Shown one piece after another: positions 1-13,541 of a stretch of DNA of 64,000 nt. The position numbers and the translations under genes are program-made. The notes under the pieces were generated by a model, which was not told the DNA's origin, did not search any database, and saw nothing but the letters and a program-made list of their open reading frames with translations. The number at the start of each line of letters is the position of its first letter. The stretch's first letter is position 1. This DNA is from Eledone cirrhosa (lineage: Eukaryota): positions 19,964,001 through 20,028,000 of the forward strand of contig OZ024761.1 in the NCBI GenBank assembly GCA_964016885.1, given 5' to 3'.

Positions 1-140
1 ACGAGAAATTATAGAAAAAAGGTTTTGGGCTAGCTCTGTGTGAACTGTTTCTTTAATAAACATGGACGGAAGAGAAGATCGTGTTTAACCTTCAGGTAGA
101 GTATAGATATATATTGGTATTATATATTGATATATATATG

Positions 141-385
141 TATTTATTGATGGATCGATAGGTATATATTCTTCGATTCTTTATTGGTTTATGCTGATAT
201 TTAAGATTTTAATATATAGATAAAATAACGATAAAACCTTCAGCTAAAGTAATATATATATATATATGTATATTGATTGATCGATATGTATATATTCTTC
301 GATTCTTTATTGGTTTGTGGTGATATTTAAGATTTTAATATTTAGAAAAACAAAACAACGAAAGCTTCAGGTAAAGTATATATTT
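141..385 (+). repeat. Local tandem duplication (~125 bp x2) in the probable 5'UTR intron of MRPL51
   Basis: GATCGATA(G/T)GTATATATTCTTCGATTCTTTATTGGTTT...GATATTTAAGATTTTAATAT...CTTCAG occurs twice. Confidence 0.75.
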
Positions 386-695
386 ATATGGGTAAAGAGT
401 AAAGACACCCTTCAGTCACGAATACCACGGGATTTGTACCTAGAAAGTTTCTCCCTTCCGAGACACAAGTCCGGACAAGGTGTGTTTGAGGAAGACCAGC
501 AATCTCCCCTCTACACACCCCGATGTTGTCCAAGGGGAAGGTAAAGGCCGATAAAGCCTGGCACCAGGGACAAAAATAATTTTTAATAAATTTATGAAGA
601 AATGTGCTAAAATTCTTTTTCTCTCAAAAGGCCCAGCATAGGGTAATTTCATATATATGTTTCTCTTTGTCTTTCAGTAAATATCTTTGTGAAAA

Positions 696-2611
696 ATGTT
701 GCTCTCAATTGTGAAGAAAAATGGACTGAATTTAGCTAAGTTGTTCACTGAAACTCCTCTTCTAAACCAAGAAATATGTGGAACTAAATGTTACAGCTTA
801 TTGAAAGCTGCAGTCGGCAGGACTAGTCTCCAACGGTTAGCTTGTTATTCTACTAAAGTTCCCAGCACAAAACCAGCAAAAGAAGTGTCATATAAGTCTC
901 CGAAACAGAAGCGTTATGGCTATCAATCAAAATATTTCACTGGAGGTAAGATATGTAAAATTATTGTTTCTTATATAGGTACAAGGCCACCAATTTGGGG
1001 GAGGGGAAAGTCGATCAAATTGACCCCAGTGCGTAACTGGTACTTTATTTTATCGACCCCCGGAAGGATTAAAGGCATAGGATATGTAAAATTATAAATC
1101 TATTTTGGATTATCATTTGCAATGAATAGAAAAAATATCTGGCTGTATGGAGGTCGTGAGAAAAAGCCCCCAGTACACAGTGGTTGGTGTTAGGAAGGGT
1201 ATCCAGCTGTAGAAACCAAGCCAGAAACAGTCACCTGATCTGACTTATCTCACAACAGGACAACTCGTCTAACCCATGCTATTGTGGAGAAATGGATGTT
1301 AAACAATGATCATTATTATTATTTTTACTGTAGTTACATTTGTGTTTTTCCAAACACAAATAAGAGGAAAAAGTACTCAATACTTGGAAGAGTGTTTATA
1401 TACAAGTTAAATTCCCATGATTTCACAATAAAAACATTGGGGTGTTATTTTGTAGGTCTTGGCAGGATACTCTTCCTGTCACCAACCACTTTACAGAGTG
1501 TACTGAGTGTGTTTTGTTGTGTAAATAACACTTGAGAGGTTGTCATGTCTATGGTTTAGCCGGTTTTCTAGTTGGATGCTCTTCCTATCACCAACAATTT
1601 TACTGACTGTATTGCATACATTGTATTTTGTAAATGAAATCCTAATTCTTCTCTTTCAATATTTACAGGACTTCTTCCTAGAAATGACAATGACAAACCA
1701 TTGCGTTCACTGAAGACATACAAAGTTCCAGATAACTGGGTGACCAAAAAGGCCTTGTTTGGACAAAATGATTATATTGGTAAATATTGTTAAACATTGT
1801 TAAAACCTTTCATACCAAATACTAAACTGCCACTTGTTTTAGGTTTCAAAATTTTGTCTTTAACCCTTTAGCATTTACATTACTCTATATTTACCATTGT
1901 ATTTTTGTGGTAAAGACTTTATCTTACATAATTACCTCACATAGTATTGAATCTATGAAATTTTGATGTCATTTATTTTGAGAAAAATACCTTAATGTCA
2001 GTATGAGCGGCTGATTACAACCGGTCTGAACAGAAAGAGGCAAGAAAATTCTGGCCGAATATGGCACAAGCAAGACATGGTCACTCAAGCAGTCTAGCCT
2101 CAGAATGTGACAACTGGTCTGATCCATGCAACCATAGAAAAGACTTTAAATAATTGTTTCTACTTTTGGCACAAGGCCAGTAATTACCCCAGTGCATTAC
2201 TGGTACTTTATTGTATTGACGCCGTAAGGATGAAAGGCAAAGTTAACCTCGGCAGGATTTGAACTCACATAAAAGGCCATAACTCTATGCTGCAAAGCAT
2301 GGCGTCCGACCCTCTACCGATACTGCCAATCCACCACTTAAATAATTATATGTATTTAGATCCATTTTTGAAATCGTTTTATTTTTCCAGACATTTTGGG
2401 TGAGGGTGACATCCATCCAAAGGACTTGATCTGTGGCCCCCCTTGGCTGAAAGGATTCAAAGGAAACGAGATGCAACGATTGGTGCGTCGCATTAAATTT
2501 GAAGGGGACAAGTTGAGGTACTACTATCCCACAAAACACCACCAAATTCAGAAGAGGATAAGATATCTTTATAGGTTCTATAATTTCCGGCGACATAAAA
2601 CCAATTATTAA
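696..2611 (+). CDS. MRPL51: Mitochondrial 39S ribosomal protein L51 (3 coding exons: 696-945, 1669-1779, 2391-2611; 193 aa)
   Basis: GT-AG introns with matching phase 1 join the frame ...YFTG|GLLPRNDNDKPLRSLKTYKVPDNWVTKKALFGQNDYI|DILGEGDIHPKDLICGPPWLKGFKGNEMQRLVRRIKF. FGQNDYIDILG and GPxWLxGxxGNE match the mL51 family. Basic N-terminus resembles a targeting peptide. AATAAA at 2635-2640. Confidence 0.92.
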
Positions 2612-3504
2612 AAGTCAATACTCAAATTTTGGTTAATAAAATGCTTTCATGTAAAAATTGAAAATTTCTTTGTCTTGAATTTGGATGTTTGATTTGTGTC
2701 ATTGTTGGCTGTGGGTTAGGCCAACAGAGGTCCACTTTGTCTTTCACTGGGTGTCAGAGAAATCAAATGTAGTGTGTAAGAGAAAAGACTGCACTGGTGT
2801 CGACATGCGGCATGTGTGTGGATAATGATGTGCCAATTGTGGGTTAAATTTCTGGAGTGAGTGGCATGTTTTCTTGAGCAAAACATTTCATTTCATGTTG
2901 CTCCAGTATACTCAGCTGGGATTGGACTGATGTCCTGTCCAGCAGGAGACACAACAGCAGTGGATTGACAGAGGCATAGACACACCATGACACTAATACA
3001 GGCCTCACACCAGCGGTGGTTTGACAGAGACACCCCACACACGATACTACAACAGGCCTCAGACCAGCTGTGATGTGACAGTGAAAGACATCCCATACAC
3101 ACACCACAACACTAATACAGGCCTCACAAAAGCAGTTGTTTGACAGTCACACACATGCTCCATTCTGTAAAATTTCCAACAACACCTTGACCAAAACAAT
3201 TACCATGTCAAATTTCAGTTCAAAGCAATTTAGAAGGAACCGCAAGGGGACTGGTACTTTAACGACCCTGAAAATATGAAAGGCAACATTTAAAACCCCA
3301 AGTATTATTGAGACAAAAGGAGTTTGTGGAACAACAAATAAGATCCCAATGAAAGCCCATCTTCAATTATAAAAATATAAGGAAAAAATATCATGGATGA
3401 GGCTGACCTTTACAAAATGTCAAAATAAAAGAGAAGAGGGAGGTGAAGGGGATTTTTTAAATATTTTATAAAAATTTAATATTTCTCTGTCTTAATTGTT
3501 TACA

Positions 3505-6500
3505 TTATATGTGATTTGGTGCTGTTAGAGAATACTGCTTCAACTGTCTGTCTTTCTTTTTGAAGTCCTTCAAAATTCTCATCATTTCGAATTTAGCTTC
3601 ATCTTTTAAGTCCTCATTGGAAATTGACTTTAGTTCTGTCGCCATCATGGCACAGTACAGATCCTCAGCATCTTTCCTCTCATTCAGTCGAAACGTTCTG
3701 TTATCTGTTCTGTTTGGGAACTGGTCTTTCATAAGAGCTAAGTGATCAAGAGTAGTCTTTTTCACACTGCTTTCCAAACTGCTTGTTAACTCCTGACTTA
3801 ACATAACAGCCCGATCCTCACTGGATGCTGAACAGCTGTTCCTCACCGAATCATAATCCCGCCATCCGTTAGTCTGGCTTTCTTGTTTAATACTTCGATT
3901 CCGTGATTCTTGAGTTGGGGAGTCACTGACCAGGTTTTGAATGTTTTCAGGTTCCATATAAATATTCTGTATCATAACTGGTTCAAAGTAAATGTTCTGT
4001 GATTCGTTAGTCTTGTTACTGTTGGATGTGTTCGAGTCTTCTGCTTCAATACATATTGTCTGTATGTTTTCAGACTTCATGCAGTTATTTGTACCAGTTT
4101 CAGTCCTCATGAACCTTTCTTTCGCCTCCCCACATTCCATAGAGCCATCACGGCTGTCTTCAACTCTTTCAAAAGATGGACCGGGGGAGCCGTCTTCAAT
4201 ACTGTGTGATTCAACAGCACGCTATTAAAACAGAAAGAAAATACGACAGGATTAGTAACAAATAGAAACAAATTATTGATTTTTAATTAATGTACATTAT
4301 CATCATCATCGTTGTTTTAATGTCTGCTTTCCCTGCTAGAAAGGGCTGGACAGGTCTATGTAGACCAAGTCTGTACTGAAGTGAGGCTTCTAGTCTCCCA
4401 GAGATCTGTGTCTCATTTATGTACATTCAACACTTCACCGAGTGCACAGAAGAGGTTGTCATGTCTTTGACACAACTGAAGGGTCCTCCCAACCCTTTTT
4501 GTGGCAAACTTTCTACAGCTGGATGCCCTTTCTATCATTCAAGGCCAACAAATGTAAGGGGCAAGGGCAAATTGTTTCAAATTACGTCACAAAGACGGCA
4601 ATTTTTTTTTGGGGGGGGGGGGGGGGGGGCTAAGTGGATTAAATCAACCCCAGTATTTGACTGGTACTTTATTTCATCAACCTTGAAGGATGTAAGTTAA
4701 AGTTGACCTCAGCAAGAATTAAACTCAGAGAGGTGGAACAAATACCCAGGCATTTAACCCTTTTGTTGCATTATTTCTAATGAAATACTGCCTGTGTTTC
4801 AATTAATTTTGAAAATGATGAAACATTTTGAATTTATTGTGGACTGGGTGCTTTTTGTCATGACACCTACACAACCATTTTAATATTTATATCATCATCA
4901 CTTAACATGTTTCCCCTGCTAGGAGGGATTGAATGGGTCATCACAGAGACAGTCGGTGATTAACTGGAACTAAGGACCTCTCATATGGGCCAGGAAGCCC
5001 ACATCTCACTTCTACCAAACAGTTTTGGTTCATAAATCTAGGCCAGTTTTGGCCAGTTTCGTATGAAAAGAGTTAATTTAAGGCCCAACTTCTTCGCTGT
5101 CAGTACAAAAACATAACTAAAAATGCAAAGCAATAACTCGTACCTTCCTTGAGAGAGCATGAGGTCTCAAGAACCTATCCAAATTGTGGAAGAGCCACCA
5201 TTGTGGGGCGTAAACATCGGAGCTAATTTTAGACAACTCAATCAGTCTCTTTAGTTCTCGGTTATAGGCAGACTTCAGAACATTCCATTTCTTCTTCACC
5301 AAGTCCTCTGAAAATATATACAAAACAACAGGCATTCTTAAGACAACACACAAGTATTTTAACTCCTAAACCACATTAACAGAGCATTCTTGAAAAAATA
5401 CAAAACATCACTGTGAAAAATTGAAGCCGTCACTTTCATTTAATATAAATTCCTGATATATGTGATTTATTTCACTTACTGGAAATAGCAAACATGGTGG
5501 AGGACCTCTCTCAAGGGTCTCTAGTCAATCATATCGATCCCAGAACTTAGTTCAGTCTGGTCTGGTATTATTTCATTAATCTTTATTTGTTGACCTACCA
5601 AATACTGGGGAAATAAAAACAAAAAACTGACCCCACGCACGTTTTGTGTCACTGTATATTCATTCTCTAACCGAACAACCTTAAATTTCAGGACATAGCA
5701 GATACAACATCTGAGAAAACAACAAGACCCGAGTGTGAACTCCAGCACTGTATTTTCTGTGTGAAACACTACTATAAGTGAAGGATAGGGTATATGTCAG
5801 CAAACCTAGGATCATCACTAGATCTGTTTGTAAAGAGATTATGCTAAACTTCACCACGCACCTCACAAAATACATGAATTCAACTGGGGGATCACTTGTA
5901 AGATGTCCTGTAACTCTGGACAGAAACATGAGAAGACAGTGAAGTTGTGTTGTTTTTAGTGATTTGACCTAAATATATTCGGAGTTTCATCAGTTTTTGT
6001 GAGAAAATGAATAGAGACTGGACGAAAATAAAAATGGGGCCAGATTTCGTTTTAAGTCACCTGTATGTGTATATACCCCTTAAAATACTAACCAAACCTA
6101 CCAACTACCTCTATATATATATAACCCATGTTAGCGTGGAAGAGTGGACGTAAAACGGTGATGATGATGATGATATATATATATATATATACATATTCCT
6201 GTGGTATCTCGTTAGGAAATATTTTTTAGGTTGGCTAAACTATTTTGTACACAAAATAAATATGAAAAATCCAAGGTAAATATTTTGACACCTGTCAAGA
6301 TGGGTAGGGCCATATTGTTTTTATAATTTCAAGGGGTAGTTGGTAGGTTTGGTTAATATTTTAAGGGGTAGTTAGTAGGCTTGGTTAGTATTTTGAGGGG
6401 TAGTTAGGTTTGGTTAGTATCTTAAGGGGTAGTTAGTAGGTTTGGTTAGTATTTTGAGGGTGACATTTGTTTTTCTAGTAATTTCTGATGTTGTTTTGAA

Positions 6501-7117
6501 CGAATATGTCCTTCAAAACTGTCGTTAATAACTGGTATTGTATCGTTCCCCACCCGAGAACCCCATAACACCTGTCACAGGTGACAGGGGTGTGTGTGTT
6601 ATGATGACAATTTACCAAATCTGATTATAATATCGATAATCAATCATCTGAACTTATCAATATTTATTACTATTATTATTATTTTGAAAACGTGTTTAGG
6701 AAAGTTTGTGTTTGTATATAAAATATAAATATTTACACACAGACACATATATATATATACACAGAGGCTATTAAATGTATTTACAATAGAAACCAAGGCA
6801 CTTTGTGTCGAATTGATGGGTTTATGTATTATATATATTTATATATTATATTTATTTATATAAGGAGGTCCCTAGCAACAATTATATATATGTATATACA
6901 GTATATATATATAAAGCTGAGCTACAGTAAACAACTGACCTGTCCAACCGGTGCCCATTTTCTCAGCTATCTCTCGAAGGGCCATGGCTCTAGCGGGTCT
7001 GTATGTGTAGTTTTCGTGGTCAGGGTTCCAAAGCAGTTCACGTTCTCTGTATAACTCGATAAGGAATTCAATCTGACTGGAAGTCATCGTCAAGTCAACC
7101 CTTTCCATCGACGCCAT
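3505..7117 (-). CDS. MADF-BESS (Adf-1-like) transcription factor, paralog A (exons 7117-6940, 5307-5144, 4221-3505; 352 aa)
   Basis: MADF motif (LIELYRERELLWNPDHENY...ALREIAEKM...VKKKWNVLKSAYNRE...WWLF..LDRFL) is split by a phase-1 intron, followed by a phase-0 intron. C-terminal BESS-like motif DAEDLYCAMMATELKSI..EDLKDEAKFEMMRIL. All introns GT-AG. Confidence 0.88.
6075..6462. repeat. ~32-bp tandem repeat (GGGGTAGTTAGTAGGTTTGGTTAGTATTTT) x4 with one inverted copy; probably MITE-derived
   Basis: Four copies at ~6332-6462 and a reverse-complement copy at ~6075-6112. Confidence 0.65.
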
Positions 7118-7404
7118 TTTTACAATTAAACGATCTCAACAAAACTTACATTCGACTGCAATTTTTGGCTCAGTTTTTCAAGGGGGTTTTTTATAGGTTA
7201 AAATACTTCACATTATTATTGTTGTTGTTGTTGTTGTCTTTAAACTTTCGGAGATTTGTTTGTTGTTGTGTGTTTAAAAAAAAAAAAATGCCAGCCGTGT
7301 TTTCTACGAAGGTGTGACTTCACATGATGGTCAGTGCGTCCTGAAGCATTTGCTGGCTCAGGTTCGGCCAACTATGTGGCTTAATTATTCATGTACAACT
7401 GAAA

Positions 7405-7470
7405 ACAACCAATCAGTGACGAGCTTACATCTGTTTAGGAGACAGTTGCTAAATTTTTAGCCAATCAGAA
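7405..7470. promoter_or_regulatory. Pair of CCAAT (NF-Y-type) boxes upstream of MADF-BESS A
   Basis: AACCAATCAG (CCAAT at 7409) and AGCCAATCAG (CCAAT at 7461) lie ~300-350 bp upstream of the ATG. Confidence 0.4.
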
Positions 7471-7800
7471 TGCGTCTTATACGAAGCAGCTTTGGATTGC
7501 ATTTGTAAACAACAAAAAACACAACATGCCGTTAAAACAGCAGAAAACGTGGCTTTTATGGTGTTTAAAATAAGATATGGTGGCCCCCATATTCCTTCTT
7601 CGATTGCGAATGACCCTGCGTGGAAATCTAGAAAGTTCCCCTCCCCCAGGCACTCCATTCCGATCTCTGTACCACCACAGTCGTCTAAGGGAAAGTTTGG
7701 CACCAGTGGCATCGCAACTCATATATACATTGGATATATGTATATAAACATTATATATACAGTGTGTGTATATATATAGAGAGAGAGAGATAGATAACAT

Positions 7801-7866
7801 CTCTGTCTGATGACCGATCCAGACGTATATTAATAGTCTGTGATCCAGAAACCTTTGGTAATGGAG
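7801..7866 (+). ncRNA. Type-I hammerhead ribozyme motif in a short microsatellite-flanked (Penelope-like) module
   Basis: CTCTGT-CTGATGA-ccGATCCAGAC(loop)GTCTGtGATCca-GAAA-CC(TTT)GG-TA-ATGGAG. Stems I, II and III and both core boxes are present. Confidence 0.72.
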
Positions 7867-7948
7867 TAGTTATATTTTGTGTTGTTCACTTTCTAATTAA
7901 ATAGCTGTTCTATACATAGAGCACTCTTTTTTCCTTCGGAATTACCTA

Positions 7949-7985
<37 letters not shown>

Positions 7986-8156
7986 TGATGTCTAGGTCGA
8001 TACAGCCTGGTACCAGTGTCATCGCAACCGGAGTAACCTCTTGTGAGTTGGTCTCAAGTTGTTTTCGTTCGACTGATCGAGCTAAGAGATTAGTTACCAG
8101 GGCCCACTACGGGGTCCGAAAAACTTAGGGCCCTTGGAACAACATAAAATATATAG

Positions 8157-8260
8157 TGACTTTCTCTAGGACACAATGCACCGCCCGTTCCAGGAATCGA
8201 ACTCACAACCTCACGATTGTGAGCCCAACATCACCCCTTCCCACCACTAAGCCACGCACC
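8157..8260 (-). mobile_element. tRNA-derived SINE head (truncated)
   Basis: Minus strand carries A box TGGCTTAGTGG and B box GAGTTCGATTCC. Confidence 0.6.
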
Positions 8261-9589
8261 TTTACTAAAATAAATAAGATATGATATTCTAAGAAATTGG
8301 AGTGTTGTTAGATGGAATGCTTTGTGGTGTTGTTCTGGCTCTCTCGTACTCCGGGGGGGGGGGCGTAGGTACCCATATTGACATATGGCGTTTGTAAACC
8401 TGGCAGAGCCCATCTCTGCTCCAGGTCTAATACAGCAGATTTCTTCCAGAGAAGGAAGGAGGGTGAGGAAGAGATATAGAGGAAGAACTATATCTCTTTC
8501 TCACTTCCATTAAAGTACCAGACTTTAATGGAAGTGAGAAAGAGATATAGTTTTGTTTCATAGACCAGAGCTGGTTTTAACCAGATTCGTAATGAAAGAG
8601 TTAACATAAAAAAAATGAAACGAATAAAACCTGAAATAAGAATTCAAAGTAGAATAAGAAAACAAAATTTATTTTTCTTTTAAAAAAATCTTTACTCAGT
8701 AAATATTTTAATTTGAGTTTGAATGTCAATTCCAGATTTGTTTGCGTATCACATTTGATTTGAAATGAAATTACCTCAGTTTTATCAACGATATCTATCT
8801 TAAATATACACATTTATAGGATACACAAACATTAACACACAGATATCTACTGTGGTGCATTTCTTTTTCATTGTTTTGTTCCCATTTTTCTAATAAAATA
8901 TATTGCCTGTCTTATGTTTCATAATCTTTTGGTAGGGTTTTATTTTATTTGTTCTAGTTGGATGTCCTTTCTTACAGTGTGGACTGGGTGTATTTTAACA
9001 TATAACCAACACTAGATAGGTGAACCTGTAATGGCAGGGACTTCTGCTGTTCTGGGTCCTCGTACCACCTCCCTACTCTGATCATTCCACTGACAAGTGT
9101 ACATCTAACATAGTTCTCAGGGAGATTCAGTGTGGTGTGGTGTGTGATTAGGCTGAGTTACAGTTGTATTACAGTTACAACTTAATTCTTTTTCCCACTG
9201 AATGGACTGGATCAATGTGAAATAAAGTGCCTTGCTCAAGGACACTGGACTGCAGCAATGTGAAATAAAGTTAACTTTGGCAGAATGAATACTGCAAAAG
9301 TATTCTATCTGATGCTCTAACGATTCTGTCACAGCAAAAAGCCCCCAGTTCACATTGTAGAGTGGTTGTGTGGCTGTCACAACAAAAAAACCCGTCCACA
9401 CTGTAAATGTGGTTAGCATTAGGAAGGGCATCCAACCGTTGAAACCAAGCCAGAAACGGTTCTGTATAAGCAAGACACGGTCACCTGACCTGACTTGCCT
9501 CAAATGGGACAAGTTGTCTAACCCATGCTAGCGTGGAAAATGGACATTAAACAGTGATGATGATGAAGGTGATGATGATGAATAAATTG

Positions 9590-10332
9590 TCAGTTTGTTA
9601 AGAGAGATTCTTCTCTTTGTTTTATATGAAATTTATGACATATACTCATAATTTCCAACTTTAGTTCAGATTTTAGAAAATCACTTCTGATTTTTTTAAG
9701 CTCAAAACCTATAAGTTTAGCAAATATGTCATCGGGATCTTCTTCAACTGTCGGTGAGAGTGTCCCTTGCAGTTCATGAAGCAGTCTGTTGCAGTTTGTG
9801 ATCGTTTCTAAACTGTTGTGTTCCATTCGGCTGATATTTTTAAATTTGTTTCGCCGTATGGGTAACGTTGACTTGTGACTGGTTGTTGCAGTTGGTTGAG
9901 GGTTCTGTTCTATCGTTGTGAACATGGCATGAGGGTTCTGAGTGAAGCAGTCGGTGTTGCTTGTATTGTAGGAGAGTTTTTCAGGATTTAAGTTTATTAT
10001 AAAGTTCTTGGTATCTTCTTCCTGAGTCCAGTTGTATTCGTTTTCTTCCGTAGACTTTTGGTTTGATACTTGTTGGATGGTATTCTGTGATTAGAGAGAA
10101 TAAAGTGTTAAAAATTAATGGACTAAATACAGGGTGTCTATAAATTATATATACCTAGAATTACATACAAGCTGTCCATAAATTATATACACCCTGTATA
10201 TATACACACATCCTGTATATATATATATACAAGCTGTCCATGAATAAATCATATAGACCCGTATATATATATATATATATACATACACTCTGTTATATAT
10301 ATATATATACAAGCTGTTCATAGATTATATAC

Positions 10333-10371
<39 letters not shown>

Positions 10372-11353
10372 ATATATATATATACACAGGGTATATATAA
10401 TTTATGGACATAAATTATATAAGCTGTCCATAAATTATATATACCCTGTGTATATATATATATGTTTATACAAGTTGTCCATAAATCATATACACTCAGC
10501 TAGTTTGACATCAGAAGGTAATCATTCTCAGTTTATCAACACAGAATCTTTGTCAAGGTAAAACTGTGACAACACCGAGAGTGGGTAGAAATTTAGGGTT
10601 CCACTTACATGGTTTATCATTCCGTTCCTCTTTTCCTCGTAGATAGAACCCAGAAAGCTATCCATTAGACCAAACAGCCACCAGGTAGGAGTAAATTTTT
10701 CACTAGCCTCACTGTGGATACTTTCTCGACTTTTCCTTTTTTCTCTCATGTAGTTTGATTTCAGGTCATGCCACTTCATCTTTACAAGTTGGGCTAAAAC
10801 AACAGTAGGGGCGGATAAAATCAAAACAAAATTGTAATATGACTCATTTATAATTACTGGTGGAGATCAAAACCAACCCCTACATAATCAGTAACGTAAC
10901 TAGAGTGTTTGCCACTCGGAGGGTAGGCCTTGAGTTTTTTGTCATCACCCACCTTCCCACCAAAAATACAACATACTGCACAGTGACTCCCTCTTAAAAG
11001 TTATATAAATATATTATAGATATAGATATAACAAAGGGTTGGGAGAACCCTTCAGTAGTGTCAAGAACATGTCAGCCTCCCTAATATTAGTGATAGGAAG
11101 GGCATCCGGCTACAGAAAGCTTGCCAAAGGGTTGAGTGAAAGAGTCATCCCTATCCCACTTTCTTTTATATATAAATTCTTTAAATATAAAATGTGTTAA
11201 TATTAGTGTAATCAGTCATAGTAAATATTAATATAATCTACAAACAAGAATTTAACATCTCGTAAAACCTGATTTTAGGTTACTTCAATGACTGATATTT
11301 ATAATCTTCGTAACAATTGTTGATAAACTTATTAAACAAACACATACACACGA

Positions 11354-11389
<36 letters not shown>

Positions 11390-11557
11390 TCCCCAAAAAT
11401 GTATGTGCACTTCAACAGCATTCTAATCAAAGTGTGTATACATTTCTGGGGAAACCCTGTATGTCCTGGAAATAAACACAAACACGGTCTTATTAAAATC
11501 ACGCTTAAGAGGAAATATATATTTGTTTACGTAATTAAACGAGTTTATATATAATAA

Positions 11558-11629
<72 letters not shown>

Positions 11630-11947
11630 AGTTATTCCGGGTTGAATCGGAGGTAACCACAGTAAGTAAGGTACTCAATACATAGAGTATACAAGTTTTA
11701 ATATAGATGAGATATATATATATACAGTACTACAATAACAACGATCCAAATCACCTGTCCAACCATCACCCATTTTGCTGGCGATTTCATGAAGAGCCAA
11801 ACTCCTGGCAGACCTCATGTTATAACATTGATGTCTGGAATTCCACAGATGTTCCTGGTCGCGGTACAAACCGATGAAATATTCAATTTGACTCGGACTC
11901 ATCGCCAGATCGACTCGCTCCATCGCTGCAATATTCCAGGAGTTCAT
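9590..11947 (-). CDS. MADF-BESS transcription factor, paralog B (exons 11947-11755, 10793-10609, 10084-9590; 290 aa; alternative start ATG at 11923)
   Basis: Same exon phases as paralog A. MADF: FIGLYRDQEHLWN...VKMKWHDLKSNYMRE...WWLFGLMDSFL. BESS: DPDDIFAKLIGFELKKIRSDFLKSELKLEIMSIC. Confidence 0.87.
10127..10497. repeat. Tandem/inverted CTGTCCATAAATTATATACACCCTGTA units (Tc1/mariner-MITE-like ends) mixed with (TA)n
   Basis: Repeated TACAGGGTGT..CATAAATT and its reverse complement. Confidence 0.55.
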
Positions 11948-12619
11948 TGTAGAGAATAAAAGCGATGGTGATTGGTTAACGTGAGTCAAAAGGAAGCGAG
12001 AAGGAAAGAAAAAAAACAACATAGAAACAGAAAATATAAATAAATAAATTGGTAAGAGTCGGAAGCTTGGATTGAGTCGCTGACTGCAGTTATAAGAATC
12101 TTTGGGAGTCATTCGTTATTAAATATCAGACAAAAATAACACTGATAATAGATCGATTAAAATTATTTATTTAATATTTCGAACTAATCAATAAATATGT
12201 ATTTCTGGGTTTATATGGGTTTTCTTTTTTTTTTTCATTTGTAAAATTAATCATTTTTTTTTATATACGTGTAAAAATAATTTGGGGAAAATAATTAAAG
12301 AAAAAAGAAAGAGTTACTTCCCTTGAAATTCCTTCTTAAGTCCAGGCAGGTGCCCCGCCTTAATTAGCGCCAAGTACAAAATCTGATGTTTGGTGTAGTG
12401 ACAGATCCAGGATTTTATTCCAGGCAGGGAAAGATTCGGTTTGTAATAAGTATTGATATTTTCTTCAGCCTGCTGCGTGGGAGGGGGGCTAGCTAGGTGT
12501 CTGATAACGAAGTTTTTAACCAAAGTAGGTGATGCGTCGAGTTCCTTCGGGTGCTTAGCTATTCCAACGCCCTAGACTCGTTATCAGCCGCGGCAATTCT
12601 GCGAGTGTGTCGGCTTGCC

Positions 12620-13242
12620 TACAAAATTAGCGGGGGGTGGGGCTGCTCTGATACCATAATAACTAGAATAAGGATAGGATGGAAGAAGTTGAGAGAGATA
12701 CTCCCACTGTTGACAACAAAAGGACGCCTGTGTGCGAAGTGTGATGCTGCATGGTCGTGAAACATTGTCTGTGACTGCAGAAGTCATGTGGTGCTACATG
12801 GTCGTGAAACATTGGCTGTGACTGCAGAAGACATGCATAGACTTGAGAGAAATGAAGCAACCATGCTTCGCTGGATGCGCAATTTAAATGTGAGAGAAAG
12901 GCAGAGCTTAAGTGAACTGGGGGAGAAGCTGGGTTTAAGAGGAATTCTAGGTGGTGTACAAGAGAGAAGACTGCGTTGGTATGGACATGTGATGCATATG
13001 ACTGATGATCGCTGGGTGAAGAAATGTCAGGAAATTCCAGTGGAAGGAAGCTGCAGTAGAGGAAGACCAAGAAAGACCTGGGCAGAGGTTGTGAGAGCTG
13101 ATCTCAAATTGCTGAGACTGGCAGAGGAGATGACGAAGAAATGCGACGTGTAGAGAGATGCTGCGCTGAGAAGGATCTGTCCGGCATCTGCAAATGTGGG
13201 AAAATTGACTTAAAACCGAGGATGATGATGATGACGATGATA
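12620..13242 (+). mobile_element. Degenerate 3' fragment of an RTE-clade LINE
   Basis: KISGGWGCSDTIITRIRIGWKKLRE...LHGRET...LRWYGHVM...RGRPRKTW, with frameshift/duplication and a (GAT)n tail running into (TA)n. Confidence 0.85.
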
Positions 13243-13253
13243 TATGTGTGTAT

Positions 13254-13289
<36 letters not shown>

Positions 13290-13304
13290 TTATCTATATG
13301 TCTA

Positions 13305-13343
<39 letters not shown>

Positions 13344-13388
13344 AAATAAATAATGAACAAACAATTCCTTATATTAAACAAAAAAAGT

Positions 13389-13541
13389 TCACTATTTAAC
13401 GATCGTTTCTAGGGCATATATGTGCTATAATTGGTATGCATATTTAACAGATCTATGTACAAAATTATACAAAATTATACAAATTATCAAGATTAAATAT
13501 ACATACCTAACTCATATATACGCCGTCTTCAGAAATAATGA
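13389..13541 (-). ncRNA. Type-I hammerhead ribozyme motif with a very long stem II
   Basis: Minus strand: TCATTATTT-CTGAAGA-cGGCGTATAT..GGTATGTATATTTAA(loop)TTAAATATGCATACC..ATATATGCCcta-GAAA-CGATCG-TT-AAATAGTGA. 9-bp stem I and palindromic stem III. Confidence 0.75.

Noticed and set aside
946-1097. C-terminal extension of ORF 696-1097
   Set aside because: Read-through into an intron containing a dispersed repeat (also at ~47795 and ~61835).
6483-6590. Repeat (also ~47160-47270 and ~47628-47760) with CTGA and GAAACCGTC-like motifs
   Set aside because: Too degenerate to call a ribozyme; only a dispersed repeat is supported.
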